This document shows, piece by piece, positions 48,351 through 58,128 of a stretch of DNA of 64,000 nt. The notes beneath the pieces were generated by a model, which did no database searches, had not been told where the DNA came from, and was given only the letters and a program-made list of their open reading frames with translations. The stretch comes from Candidatus Alcyoniella australis (lineage in GTDB: Bacteria > Lernaellota > Lernaellaia > JAVCCG01 > Alcyoniellaceae), in assembly GCA_030765605.1 (NCBI GenBank), contig JAVCCG010000133.1:12086-76085 (forward strand). Direction: 5' to 3'. Made by a program: the position numbers and the translations under genes. Within the stretch, counting starts at the first letter, position 1; every line of letters starts with the position of its first letter.

Positions 48351-51185
48351 TCATAGCGGCGGCGGCGAGACAGCCCGCATCTTTACATCCGAGGGCAGCA
48401 CCAGCAGTCCGCCGAGCATGCTGATGTCGGACTGTCCGCTGATCAGCACCTCCATTCGGCCGTCGTCGTTGAAGAACATCCGGCCGGTTTGCTCCAGGGC
48501 CAGCTCGTGCTCGAGTAGCGCGTTGAGGATTCCGTTGCGCACCGTGAAGTAGGTCATCATCGAGATGTTCATCTGCGGCAGACCGTCGTCGGCCTCGACC
48601 ACCGGGGCCATACCGGTCTGGAAAACGTCGATGGTGATCGGACCCATGCCCACGGGCCCGGGATCGCCCGGCGACTTGTCGTCGTCGTCCATCGTCAGGC
48701 CCATTGAGGTGGAGGTGGCGTAGAGCACGATGCCGCTGGAGAGCGAGATGTCCAGGTACGGCTCGCCGTCGCGGTCGTAGGCCAGCCCCCTGACGAACGA
48801 GACCATCTCGCCGCTGACGTAGCTGGGCCAGACGATCAAGGCGGAGAGGATCTCAATTTGATTCTCGGGCGTGGGCGTTTCGGTGTCGTCGAAGAAGCCG
48901 TTGCCGTCGGTGTCGGAGATCGGGTCGGCGTGTAAAAACAGCTCGACGTCGGCCGTGGGCTCGACCGCGGTGAAGTCCAGGCGGTAGTCCTCGCCGCCGG
49001 GCTCCAGGTCGTTGTCCGTGTCGAGCTGCGCGCTGCCGTAGGAACGGATTTCCTCGCTGAGCTGCAGGCGGTAGCGCCGCCCGGGGGTCAGCGGCTCGTC
49101 GGGGATGATCACCAGCTTGCGCCAGTCGACCACGCTGGTGGCGTTCACCAGGGTGCCCGCGTCGATGTCGTAGAGCAGTACGGTGTCGCCGTAGTACATC
49201 GTTTCGCGGTTCATCACCTGGGTGAAGAACACCGTGGGCCACAGGTTGCACGGGTAGGTCGAGCCGTACTCGTTGGGCACGTCCATGGTCCCCAGCTTGG
49301 GCGGCCAGTACGACCAGGCGGCCGCGTTGGTCGAGAACGTCGTGCCCCAACGCTCGGTCAGGGCGTTGCCCGCCAAGTCGCAAAGTCCGGGTTCGGCGAA
49401 CACGCCGTAGGCGGAGGAGGGCTCAAGCGGCTCGATCGGCCGCAGCGCGACCTTGGCGCCGTCCACGCTCACCGCGCAGGGCACCTGCTCTTCGTCCGCG
49501 TTGTAGAGCTTGACGAACTCGATGGTCGTCGGGTCGAGCGCCTCGTTGAAAAAGACGATCACCGGCGACTCGACCGGCACCAGCTTGGACGACTGCTGCG
49601 GCAGGCTCGAGAGCGCCTGCGGCGGCGTGCGGTCGGCCTTGCGCTGCGGCGTGCCGGGGTAGGGAATCTGGTAGAGCGAGATCGTGGTCGGGATCGACTC
49701 GCCGGCCAGCTTGAGCTCGGAGTAGCCCATCAGCTCGAGCACCATCTCGCCGTCCTCGCGCACGTAGCTCACGCCCACCAGTTCGACCCCCAGGATCTGC
49801 TGGGTCATGTTCGAGTTGGCGGTCGGATCCTCGGCCGTGAGCGAGATGTCCATCACCAGGGTCAGCGCGGGAAGCACCTCGGTGTTGCCAACATAGTCGC
49901 GGCTGTCGCGCAAATAGCCCGACACGTCGCTGAGCATCTCGATGGTCAGCGGGCCGGTGACCAGCCCGGCGGGAATCTTGCCGCCGAGCATCGCGCTCAT
50001 GCTGCTGGTGATCAGTTTTTCGCCGGCGCGGATCGTCAGCGGAATCTGCGAGAAGTCGCCGGTCTCGCCCAGCTCGCTGAACAGCGCGCCGCCCACGTAC
50101 AACACGGACTCGCCCAGCAGTTTGCTGTCGGCGATCATCGTGTTCGCCGGACGGCCGGTCAGCGGGCTCAGCGGCATGTCTTCCGGGTCGAGGGCCTCGT
50201 GCAGGTCGCCGTCCGCGGCCGAGGGCCAGGCGTCGGTGATCAGCCGGCGTCGCGGCTCAGTGCTTTGCGGGTAGAAGCTCCAGACGAACGCCTGCTGCAA
50301 CCCCGCGCCGTTCAGATCGTGGATCGCGGCAACGGCCACATCGTCATCGTCGTCGTCATCATCGTCGTCGGCCTTGGATGATTCATCGTCGTCGGCGTCC
50401 GGGTACTCGAAGGGGTCGGCCTCGATGGTCAGCTCGTAGGGCAGCTTCGGGTTGAGGTCGTCGAGCGGATCGATCACCACCAGGTTGCCCTGCACAAAGA
50501 CCCGCGCTGCCACCAGCTCGCCGGGCTCGTCCGCCGGACCCTCGTCCTGTTGGTCGTCGTCATCATCATCGTCGGCCTTGGCGTCTTCGCCGGCCACGCG
50601 CAGATGCACGCTTTGGCCGTAGATCACGCTTTGGGCAACGATGGGCTCGGAAAACGCAATGCGGAAGGTCGAGATGTCCAGCACCTCGTCCTGGGCCGGG
50701 TTGGTGTAGGCGACAGTGGGGAAGGCGCTGGAGTCGGGCCGGTCGGGCTTGGTCTGGAACACGATCTGCTGGATCTTACCGTCCATCAGCGGCGCGCGTC
50801 CCTGGAAGTCGCGCACGCCGTTGCGCAGTCGCACGCGGTAGCTCTGGTTGCCGCGCAGGGGGACCAGCGGAGTCAGTTCCACCGAGCTGCGGTGTAGGGT
50901 CAGCTTGTGGTCCACGGACTCGGTGCCGCCGCGCTCGAGCAGCCGCACAAAGCTCACCTGCCCCTCGACGGTCGCCGGGTCGATCGGCGCGGAGAACGCC
51001 AGGTGCACCCGGGCATGCACCGGCACCTGCTGCATCCCCTGATAGGGGTAGGCCGCGAGCAGGGTGAAGTTGTCGATCTTTGAAGTCTCGAGCCCGGCGT
51101 CGTCGTCCTTTTCGGAGCAGGCGGCGAACAGGGCCAAAGACACAATCAGCAAGATGCAGATCAATCCGCGCTGATACATCGCCAA
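48351..51185 (-). CDS. Large surface lipoprotein with bacterial Ig-like domains and poly-Asp tracts
   Basis: Signal peptide + LFAACS lipobox; repeated Ig-like (SbsA/BIG-type) segments; DDDDDDQQDE and DDDESSKADDDDDDDDDD tracts; immediately downstream of FadL-family gene. Confidence 0.6.
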   Translation of the reverse strand: MAMYQRGLICILLIVSLALFAACSEKDDDAGLETSKIDNFTLLAAYPYQGMQQVPVHARVHLAFSAPIDPATVEGQVSFVRLLERGGTESVDHKLTLHRSSVELTPLVPLRGNQSYRVRLRNGVRDFQGRAPLMDGKIQQIVFQTKPDRPDSSAFPTVAYTNPAQDEVLDISTFRIAFSEPIVAQSVIYGQSVHLRVAGEDAKADDDDDDDQQDEGPADEPGELVAARVFVQGNLVVIDPLDDLNPKLPYELTIEADPFEYPDADDDESSKADDDDDDDDDDVAVAAIHDLNGAGLQQAFVWSFYPQSTEPRRRLITDAWPSAADGDLHEALDPEDMPLSPLTGRPANTMIADSKLLGESVLYVGGALFSELGETGDFSQIPLTIRAGEKLITSSMSAMLGGKIPAGLVTGPLTIEMLSDVSGYLRDSRDYVGNTEVLPALTLVMDISLTAEDPTANSNMTQQILGVELVGVSYVREDGEMVLELMGYSELKLAGESIPTTISLYQIPYPGTPQRKADRTPPQALSSLPQQSSKLVPVESPVIVFFNEALDPTTIEFVKLYNADEEQVPCAVSVDGAKVALRPIEPLEPSSAYGVFAEPGLCDLAGNALTERWGTTFSTNAAAWSYWPPKLGTMDVPNEYGSTYPCNLWPTVFFTQVMNRETMYYGDTVLLYDIDAGTLVNATSVVDWRKLVIIPDEPLTPGRRYRLQLSEEIRSYGSAQLDTDNDLEPGGEDYRLDFTAVEPTADVELFLHADPISDTDGNGFFDDTETPTPENQIEILSALIVWPSYVSGEMVSFVRGLAYDRDGEPYLDISLSSGIVLYATSTSMGLTMDDDDKSPGDPGPVGMGPITIDVFQTGMAPVVEADDGLPQMNISMMTYFTVRNGILNALLEHELALEQTGRMFFNDDGRMEVLISGQSDISMLGGLLVLPSDVKMRAVSPPPL

Positions 51186-51189
51186 CCTC

Positions 51190-52479
51190 CTAGAAGCCGA
51201 AGGAGAAGGTCAGTGCGCCGGTGTGGACTGTGCCCTCGCTCTGGAATTTGTAGCCGTCCGAGGTCTTGGTGGTCCGCGGAACCAGGTAGTGGAACTGGTA
51301 GGCCAGGTCGACCTTGATCGGCTGATTGAGCTTGGGAACGTCGATCCAACTGAAGCCGTATCCCAGGGAGGCGGCGTGCTTGTCGTTGTCCACGATCACG
51401 AAGCCCAACACGTTGGGCATGTCCTCGTAGGGCCGGTAGGTGCCGATGCCGTCCACTGGGGTCATGTCGTAGAAGTAGCCCGCGCGCAGGGTGTGGGCCT
51501 CGCTGATGTTCCACTCGATCCCTAGGCGCGGCACGAATGTGTCGCGGAAGTCGAACTGCGAATCGCGCCGGGCGTCGTCCTTCTCCTCGACGATGTCGAC
51601 AAAACGCGACCACTGGTGCCAGGTGAAGTCAAAGGCCAGCAGCAGCTCCGGGGAGATGTCGTAGGCCACGCCCAGGGCGACCTGCATCGGGATGAACGCG
51701 TCGCGGTAGCTCAGCTTGAGCGGCAGGGTCGCCAGCGGCGAGCCGCCCACCGTGGCCAGGGTGTCGGCGGTGATCGGTCCCATCTCGCCGAAGTTCTCCG
51801 CGCGCCAGGTCAGCCCGATGTTGATCGGCTCCAGCCGCACCAGCGCCGAGACGATCGGCGTGGGGTAGGTGTCGGAGCCCAGGCTCATCGATTCGTTGGT
51901 GGCGTTGCCGCCCAGGTCGGTGTTGACCGCCAAGGCCGTGCCGCCGTGAAGTTGCAATATAATTCCCGCGCCCAGGTTGAGCATCGGGATCACCTCGATC
52001 CCCGCGCCGGCGACGATCGCCGCGCTGGTCGAGCCGTAACGCAGAAACTGGCCGTCGTCCGAGCGCCGATCCTCAAAGCGGATGAACGCCTTGCCGTTCT
52101 CGTCGATGGTCAGTCCCAGGCCGAAGCCCAGGCCGCGGCCGCTGGTGAACAGCTTGTGCATGTCCAGGCTCATCCCCACGGTGACGACCTCGTTGGACGA
52201 GTCGAACTCCATCTTGCCGCCCGGACCCTCGCTGCTCAGGAACGGAGCGCCGTAGATGTAGCCCAGTCCCACGCGGCTGCTTTTGGGGATCGCCAGGCTG
52301 GCCGGGTTGAAGAACACCGCCCCCACGTCGTCGGTCACCGCGGTCAACGCGTTGGCCATGCCCACACCGCGCGCCGAGAGGCCGTAGGTGTTGGGAACGT
52401 AACTCAGCCCGGCCACGGCCGAAGTGGCCATGACGAACAAAGCCGCCGCACAGATCAGCAAGCAAATCCGAATTCTCAC
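51190..52479 (-). CDS. FadL/TodX-family outer-membrane hydrophobic-compound transporter
   Basis: Signal peptide; 'FFNPASL' NPA motif; C-terminal ...LTFSFGF beta-barrel signature. Confidence 0.7.
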   Translation of the reverse strand: MRIRICLLICAAALFVMATSAVAGLSYVPNTYGLSARGVGMANALTAVTDDVGAVFFNPASLAIPKSSRVGLGYIYGAPFLSSEGPGGKMEFDSSNEVVTVGMSLDMHKLFTSGRGLGFGLGLTIDENGKAFIRFEDRRSDDGQFLRYGSTSAAIVAGAGIEVIPMLNLGAGIILQLHGGTALAVNTDLGGNATNESMSLGSDTYPTPIVSALVRLEPINIGLTWRAENFGEMGPITADTLATVGGSPLATLPLKLSYRDAFIPMQVALGVAYDISPELLLAFDFTWHQWSRFVDIVEEKDDARRDSQFDFRDTFVPRLGIEWNISEAHTLRAGYFYDMTPVDGIGTYRPYEDMPNVLGFVIVDNDKHAASLGYGFSWIDVPKLNQPIKVDLAYQFHYLVPRTTKTSDGYKFQSEGTVHTGALTFSFGF

Positions 52480-52861
52480 AACGCTCCTCCAGTGAATGAC
52501 CCTGATGCGGGCACAAGTGCTGTAAGTTCTAGGTCAATGATCCCCGGTGCAGGGACCGACGCCACTCTTCGCATTCAAGTGCGGTATTCTAATAAGTTCA
52601 AGATTAAGAATCTACCTTGAGCGGCGTTGAGCCGTCATAAAACCCGCGGTGCATTCAAGGTGCAGCAAGCACGTGCAGCACCAAGGTCGCAATGCATTGA
52701 CGCGCTCCGTGATGCGAAAAGGATCATTGGGAAACGACCAGATGAATGCGCGAGCATCGCGGCAACCTAAAGTCGCCCGAATCGATAGCGGGAACTCCAT
52801 GAAGACCACGGGCCAAGAATGACAATTTGGCGGGGTGCTGGATCAACAGCAACTCTGATCT

Positions 52862-53587
52862 CTAGCGGCGCAGATTCGAAAGCGGTTCCCATTGGCCGTT
52901 GGCTGTCCGGTATTTCCAGAGGTTCCAACCGTTCACATTGCGGCGGCAGACAGCCCGCCCTGCGCCCGAGGGGGTGTTGTAGAGTGCTCCGTTGAACTGG
53001 ATTCTTCCGCTGTACAACACATGTGCCTTGTACTCTTTTCCCTTGTACGTGGCCTTGATCGTCTTGCCAGATAACAGCCCTTTGAGAACAGGCTTGGCGC
53101 TCTTTGCTTTTATCCTGGAAGTTGCTCCCTTTTTCCCCTTGCCCTTGGGATTTTGCGCGTTGGATCGTTTGTTGCCAAAAATGATATCTTCTTCTCGGCG
53201 TTTGACCTCCTGGTATCTGCTCTTCAAAACCTTTTTCAGATCCTCCGAGTTTTTCAACTTGCCCAAGGAAATATTTGCTTTGGGGTTGGCAATGCGCAAC
53301 ACGAAGGTTTCAAGCTCTCTCATATGCTCGGACTTGCGGGTGATATAGAGACTGAAGTGATCCCATTTCCCTGCCAGCTTATCTCGCTGGTGTTGCTTAA
53401 GGCGTTTTTTAAGGTCGCGGGCCAGGCCGACGTAGACCAGTCGGTGGTTCTTTCCTTTATATAGGGCATATATCCCATGTTGTTCGCCGATCAACTCTGC
53501 GATTAACTCAGGGTATTTCTGGAAGACGGTGCTGGTAATCAGCTCGAGGTGCCCGGTAATAAGCGTCTGCGAGAAAAAGCTGAGCAT
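52862..53587 (-). CDS. GIY-YIG nuclease-domain protein with basic linker and uncharacterised C-terminal domain, in low-GC islet
   Basis: 'GIYALYKGKNHRLVYVGLARDLKKRLKQH' GIY-YIG motif; KGKGKKG linker; C-terminal 'W..W.YRTANGQWEPLSNLR'; ~47 % GC vs ~65 % flanks. Confidence 0.6.
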   Translation of the reverse strand: MLSFFSQTLITGHLELITSTVFQKYPELIAELIGEQHGIYALYKGKNHRLVYVGLARDLKKRLKQHQRDKLAGKWDHFSLYITRKSEHMRELETFVLRIANPKANISLGKLKNSEDLKKVLKSRYQEVKRREEDIIFGNKRSNAQNPKGKGKKGATSRIKAKSAKPVLKGLLSGKTIKATYKGKEYKAHVLYSGRIQFNGALYNTPSGAGRAVCRRNVNGWNLWKYRTANGQWEPLSNLRR

Positions 53588-53765
53588 TACTTACCTCCCC
53601 CAAGGCGATCTGGTTTTAACGATTAACTTATTAGTAATCTAAACATCCTTGATACGTCAATTGGCGGCGCTGAAAATGCTACAGAGATTCGATATTGCCT
53701 GCATCCGTCTTGCCCTATGATTCAGCTCATGTAGACTCCCGCGATTCGGCAGGAGAATCTGATAC

Positions 53766-55889
53766 GTGGACTTGATAGAGCACAGCTACCGAATTTTGGG
53801 TATGGACTGCCCGTCGTGCGCGTCCAAGGTCGAGCGCACGTTGGCTCAGGTCGATGGCGTGCAGTCCGCGTTTTGCGATGCGACTTCGGGTTGGCTCAAG
53901 GTTCGGCTGAGCAACGAGGAGGCTGCCCAACGGGTCGAGCGCGCGGTGCGCGGCCTGGGCTACCAGCTCAGTGGCGAGGGCGGACGCCAGAATGTTCGGG
54001 AACAGGAACAGGGCGATCTGCGCGGACAGACGATCCAGGTGCTCTCGGCGTTGTACCTGATCGTGCTCGCCGCACTGGGCGGAGTGCTGTCGATCCCCGC
54101 TCAATACACGGTGCCGTTGTACGTGGTGGCAATACTGATCGGCGGCGCGCGGATCTTCCTCAAAGCTTTCGGGTCGGTGCGCAGGCTCGACCTGGACATG
54201 AACGTGTTGATGAGCGTGGCCGTAATCGGCGCGGCGATCCTCGGCGAATGGTTCGAGGGCGCGGCGGTAGTCTCGCTGTTCTCCTTGGCCGAGCTGCTCG
54301 AGGCGCGCAGCATGCGTCGCGCCCGCGGCGAGATCGGCAAGCTACTCGATTTGGCGCCGCCGATCGCGGTGGTCAGGCGTCGCGGGTACGAGCTGGAGTT
54401 GCCCGCGGACAAGGTCGAGATCGGCGAGACGGTACTGGTCAAGCCCGGCCAGCGCATCCCGGTCGACGGCGTGGTTTCCGGCGGAGCGTCCGAGGTCAAC
54501 CAGGCGCCGATCACCGGCGAGTCCAAGATGGTCGATCGCTACAAGGGCGACGAGGTGTTCGCCGGCACGCTCAACGGCTCGGGCTTTCTCGAGATCACCA
54601 GCACCCACCGCGCGCAAGATACCGTGCTCTCGCGAATCATCCATCTGGTCGAGCAGGCCCAGGAATCGCGCGCACCGGTGCAGCGCACGGTCGAGCGCTT
54701 CGCCCGGATCTACACGCCGCTGGTGATCGTCGCGGCGCTGCTGGTCTTCTTGCTGCCGCCGCTGCTGCAGGGCGGCGCGTGGGCCGACTGGTTCTACCGC
54801 GCGCTGGTGTTGCTGGTAATCGCCTGTCCCTGCGCCCTGGTGATCTCCACACCCGTGGCGATTATCACCGGCCTGACCGCCGCGGCGCGTAGCGGCGTGC
54901 TGATTAAAGGTGGATCGTTTCTCGAAGCTCTGGGCAAAATCGACGCGATGGCGCTGGACAAGACCGGTACCCTGACTTTTGGCGAGCCACGGCTGACAGA
55001 TGTGATCCCGCTGACCGGAATGCGTGAACGCGAGCTGATGCTGATCGCCGCGGCGCTGGAGAAGCGCTCGGAGCATCCGCTGGCCAGGGCGATCCGCGCC
55101 AGGGCGATGGAGATGGGATTGGCCGTGCCCGACCCCGAGCAGTTCAAGAGCATTCCGGGATTGGGAGCGCACTGTGTGATCGAGGGCCAAGGCTACACCA
55201 TCGGCTCCCATCGCATGCTGCACAACAGCGGACTGTGCAACAAGGATCTGCACAAGCAGGTCGAGCATCTTGAGCTCAGCGGCAACAGTGTGTTGCTGCT
55301 CAGCAGCGAGCAGGAACCGCTGGCGATCCTGCTGGTCTCGGACAACATGCGACCCGAGGCTCCCCGGGCAATGCAGGAGCTCAAACGCGCGGGGATCAAA
55401 CGCCTGGCCTTGCTCACCGGCGACAACCAGGAGAGCGCCGAGGGCGTGGCCTACAACGCGGGCATCGACGAGATCTACTCCAACCTGCTGCCCGAGGATA
55501 AGCTCGAGCAGATCTACCAGCTAAAACGCCGTTACCACATGGTCGGCATGGTCGGCGACGGGGTCAACGACGCCCCGGCCCTGGCCGCTTCCTCGGTCGG
55601 ATTCGCCATGGGCGCGGCCGGAACCGACGTGGCCATCGAGTCCGCCGACGTGGCGCTGCTCTCGGACGACCTGTTCGGGCTGGCGCGGGCGGTACGCCTG
55701 GGCCGACGCACCCTGACGGTGATCAGGCAGAACGTGGCCCTGGCGATCGGCATCAAGGCCGTGGTGTTCGCCCTGGCATTGCTCGGAGTGGCGACGCTCT
55801 GGCTGGCGGTTCTGGCCGACATGGGCGCCAGTCTGCTGGTGGTGGCCAACAGCTTAAAGTTGATAAAAGAAGACAACATCAAGCCGTAG
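53766..55889 (+). CDS. Heavy-metal (Zn/Cd/Pb-type) translocating P1B-type ATPase
   Basis: N-terminal HMA 'GMDCPSCASKVE', 'CPC' in TM6 (VIACPCALVIS), 'DKTGTLT', 'GDGVNDAPAL'. Confidence 0.85.
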   Translation: MDLIEHSYRILGMDCPSCASKVERTLAQVDGVQSAFCDATSGWLKVRLSNEEAAQRVERAVRGLGYQLSGEGGRQNVREQEQGDLRGQTIQVLSALYLIVLAALGGVLSIPAQYTVPLYVVAILIGGARIFLKAFGSVRRLDLDMNVLMSVAVIGAAILGEWFEGAAVVSLFSLAELLEARSMRRARGEIGKLLDLAPPIAVVRRRGYELELPADKVEIGETVLVKPGQRIPVDGVVSGGASEVNQAPITGESKMVDRYKGDEVFAGTLNGSGFLEITSTHRAQDTVLSRIIHLVEQAQESRAPVQRTVERFARIYTPLVIVAALLVFLLPPLLQGGAWADWFYRALVLLVIACPCALVISTPVAIITGLTAAARSGVLIKGGSFLEALGKIDAMALDKTGTLTFGEPRLTDVIPLTGMRERELMLIAAALEKRSEHPLARAIRARAMEMGLAVPDPEQFKSIPGLGAHCVIEGQGYTIGSHRMLHNSGLCNKDLHKQVEHLELSGNSVLLLSSEQEPLAILLVSDNMRPEAPRAMQELKRAGIKRLALLTGDNQESAEGVAYNAGIDEIYSNLLPEDKLEQIYQLKRRYHMVGMVGDGVNDAPALAASSVGFAMGAAGTDVAIESADVALLSDDLFGLARAVRLGRRTLTVIRQNVALAIGIKAVVFALALLGVATLWLAVLADMGASLLVVANSLKLIKEDNIKP

Positions 55890-55957
55890 CGCTCGGCACT
55901 TCATTGTAATACAAAACTAAATATGATTATAATACGACCCATGTATATGTTTTTCTC

Positions 55958-55986
55958 TTGACCTGCGTTTTCGATGTGGGATAATT
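55958..55986 (+). promoter_or_regulatory. Putative sigma70-type promoter (TTGACC-N16/17-GATAAT) for PilZ gene
   Basis: Read directly in AT-rich spacer ~40 nt upstream of 56027 ATG. Confidence 0.3.
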
Positions 55987-56026
55987 AAAGGCCCTCTCTA
56001 AAAACCTTAAACCGAAGAGTGGACCA

Positions 56027-56728
56027 ATGTTCACAAGAGACGGCTGTCGCTGCAGGATTCGTATCAGGGCGCGTTTTGGCTTGAACAAACCCTCGGTGCT
56101 TGGCGTTACCAAGAACGTGTCGAGCAAGGGCCTGGCCCTGGACGCGCCGATGTATTTTGATACCGACCAGCAGCTAGCGCTGTTGCTCGATTGGCACAGC
56201 GGGGCGATCTCCGAGGTTGGCCGCGTGCGGTGGTTTGCCGGGCAGCGTTTTACCAACTCGGGACGTCCGGAGTTCGGCCTGCAGCTCATCGAGCCCAATC
56301 AGGGCTACCTCAAAATGCTCGAGGAGGTGGTCTACCTCAGCTATGTGCGCGAGCGCAACGGCGGCGTGCGTTACGTCAATCCCGTGCGACTGACCTGTTG
56401 CAATACCCGGCAATTGATCGATCAGTACGACCGCAACATCCACCAGGGCGGGATGTTCGTACCCACGCGCCATCCGCTGCACGAGGGGGCCCAGGTCGGA
56501 TTGCACCTGATTATGCTCGACACGATGGAGCTGTTGGAGCTCGGCGGCCGCGTGGTCAGCACGGTCGACGCCGAGACCGCCCAGCGGCTGGACGTACAAC
56601 CGGGCATGCAAGTCCGCATTGAAAGCTTCCCCGCCCAGGACAGCGAGCGGCTGCGCGAACACGTCGAGCGCCTACGCCAAGGCGACTTCGACGTCACCTC
56701 ACAGGACGAGACGGAACTCGCACCTTAA
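56027..56728 (+). CDS. PilZ-domain protein (two PilZ-like modules)
   Basis: 'RCRIRIR...VTKNVSSKGLAL' RxxxR + D/NxSxxG c-di-GMP motifs; second module around 'NIHQGGMFV'. Confidence 0.6.
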   Translation: MFTRDGCRCRIRIRARFGLNKPSVLGVTKNVSSKGLALDAPMYFDTDQQLALLLDWHSGAISEVGRVRWFAGQRFTNSGRPEFGLQLIEPNQGYLKMLEEVVYLSYVRERNGGVRYVNPVRLTCCNTRQLIDQYDRNIHQGGMFVPTRHPLHEGAQVGLHLIMLDTMELLELGGRVVSTVDAETAQRLDVQPGMQVRIESFPAQDSERLREHVERLRQGDFDVTSQDETELAP

Positions 56729-56804
56729 AAGCAGACACATTGTTAAACGATGCTCTCCGCGACGCGGGGTGGATCGTTGGTCAACGACCAGCGTACTGCG
56801 CGAG

Positions 56805-57830
56805 CTATGAGCTGTCGACGCGCACGATCCCCATCAGCTCGTCCTTGAACTCGCGTTTGAGTAGATCGCGCAACGCGTCTTGGAGCGGCTTGTCCTCGTG
56901 CAGCACCTTATAGACCTGTTCGGTGATCGGCATGTCCACGCCAAGCTGCTGCGACAGCCGATACCCGGCCTTGGCCGCGTAATACCCTTCGACCACCGCT
57001 CCCTGGGACTCGATGATTTCCAGCGGGCCTTCGCCGCGGGCCACGCGCTTGCCGAAGGTGCGATTGCGCGACAGCTCGCCGGTGCAGGTCAGCACCAGGT
57101 CGCCGATTCCGGCCAGACCCAGGAAGGTCAGCGGGTTGGCCCCTTTGGCCACTCCCAGGCGCGTGACTTCGGCCAGCCCGCGGGTGATCAACGCGGCGCG
57201 GGTGTTTAGCCCCAGCCCCATGCCGTCGATGCCGCCGGCGGCAATGGCGATCACGTTCTTAATTGTGGCGCCGACCTGCACGCCGATGGGGTCGTCGCTG
57301 GTGTAGACGCGGAAGAACGGCGTGTGGAACTGCTGTTGCAGCTGTTTGGCCACGGCGTTGTCGAGCGCCGCGAGCACCACGTCGGTGGGCTGACCCTCGG
57401 CCACCTCGCGGGCGAAGCTCGGGCCGCTGAGCACGGCGATGCGCGCGGCGCGTTGGGGATCGAGCATCCCGACGAGCACCTCGGTCATCAGTTCCAGGGT
57501 CTGCTCCTCGAGCCCCTTGGTCAAAATCACCAGCGGCGCATCGTGCGGCGTGTGCTCGACCGCCTTGGACGCCACGGCGCGGAAGTGGTTTGACGGGCAG
57601 GCCAGCACCACGATTTGCACGTCGCAGGCCTTGGCCATCTCGGCGGTCGGTGTGACGGTTTCCGGGATCTCGATCCCCGGAAGGTACAGGTCGTTCTCGC
57701 GAGTTTGGCGCATGGTCTGCACCAGGTCGGGCTCAAAGGCCCAGAGCCTTACCGCGTGGCCGTTCTTAGCCAGCTGCACTGCGAACGCGGTTCCCCAAGC
57801 GCCGGCTCCCACGACTCCGATTACGGCCAT
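56805..57830 (-). CDS. gpsA: NAD(P)H-dependent glycerol-3-phosphate dehydrogenase
   Basis: Start at Met14 of ORF-track frame (MAVIGVVGAGAWGTAFA Rossmann); GpsA conserved blocks throughout. Confidence 0.85.
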   Translation of the reverse strand: MAVIGVVGAGAWGTAFAVQLAKNGHAVRLWAFEPDLVQTMRQTRENDLYLPGIEIPETVTPTAEMAKACDVQIVVLACPSNHFRAVASKAVEHTPHDAPLVILTKGLEEQTLELMTEVLVGMLDPQRAARIAVLSGPSFAREVAEGQPTDVVLAALDNAVAKQLQQQFHTPFFRVYTSDDPIGVQVGATIKNVIAIAAGGIDGMGLGLNTRAALITRGLAEVTRLGVAKGANPLTFLGLAGIGDLVLTCTGELSRNRTFGKRVARGEGPLEIIESQGAVVEGYYAAKAGYRLSQQLGVDMPITEQVYKVLHEDKPLQDALRDLLKREFKDELMGIVRVDSS

Positions 57831-57882
57831 CGTCGATCCTCCTGTATCTGGAACATCGACAGTATACATCCCGGTTCCCCCA

Positions 57883-58062
57883 GCCTGAATTATTCATGAA
57901 GCTTCTGCTGCGGCGCACAATCTGCTCGCAATAACGGTGTCATCCTCGCTGATCCGTCCTCGACGTACCGCAGAGGGTACGCCTGCGGAGTATCGACTCG
58001 GCTTCCTTGTTCTTGCGGCATCTTGTACGCCTCGCGACGAACCCTCATGAATAATTCAGGCT
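57883..58062 (+). repeat. Copy 3 of the ~178-bp intergenic repeat element; perfect 17-bp terminal inverted repeat gcctgaattattcatga / tcatgaataattcaggc
   Basis: Core nearly identical to copy 2; lies between divergent gpsA and glycosyltransferase genes. Confidence 0.8.
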
Positions 58063-58128
58063 TGGTCGAGAAATTGATGGGTGCACGGCGCTTGCGGTTC
58101 GCCAGCGGCTTGGGCGATGCTGGGCCCG

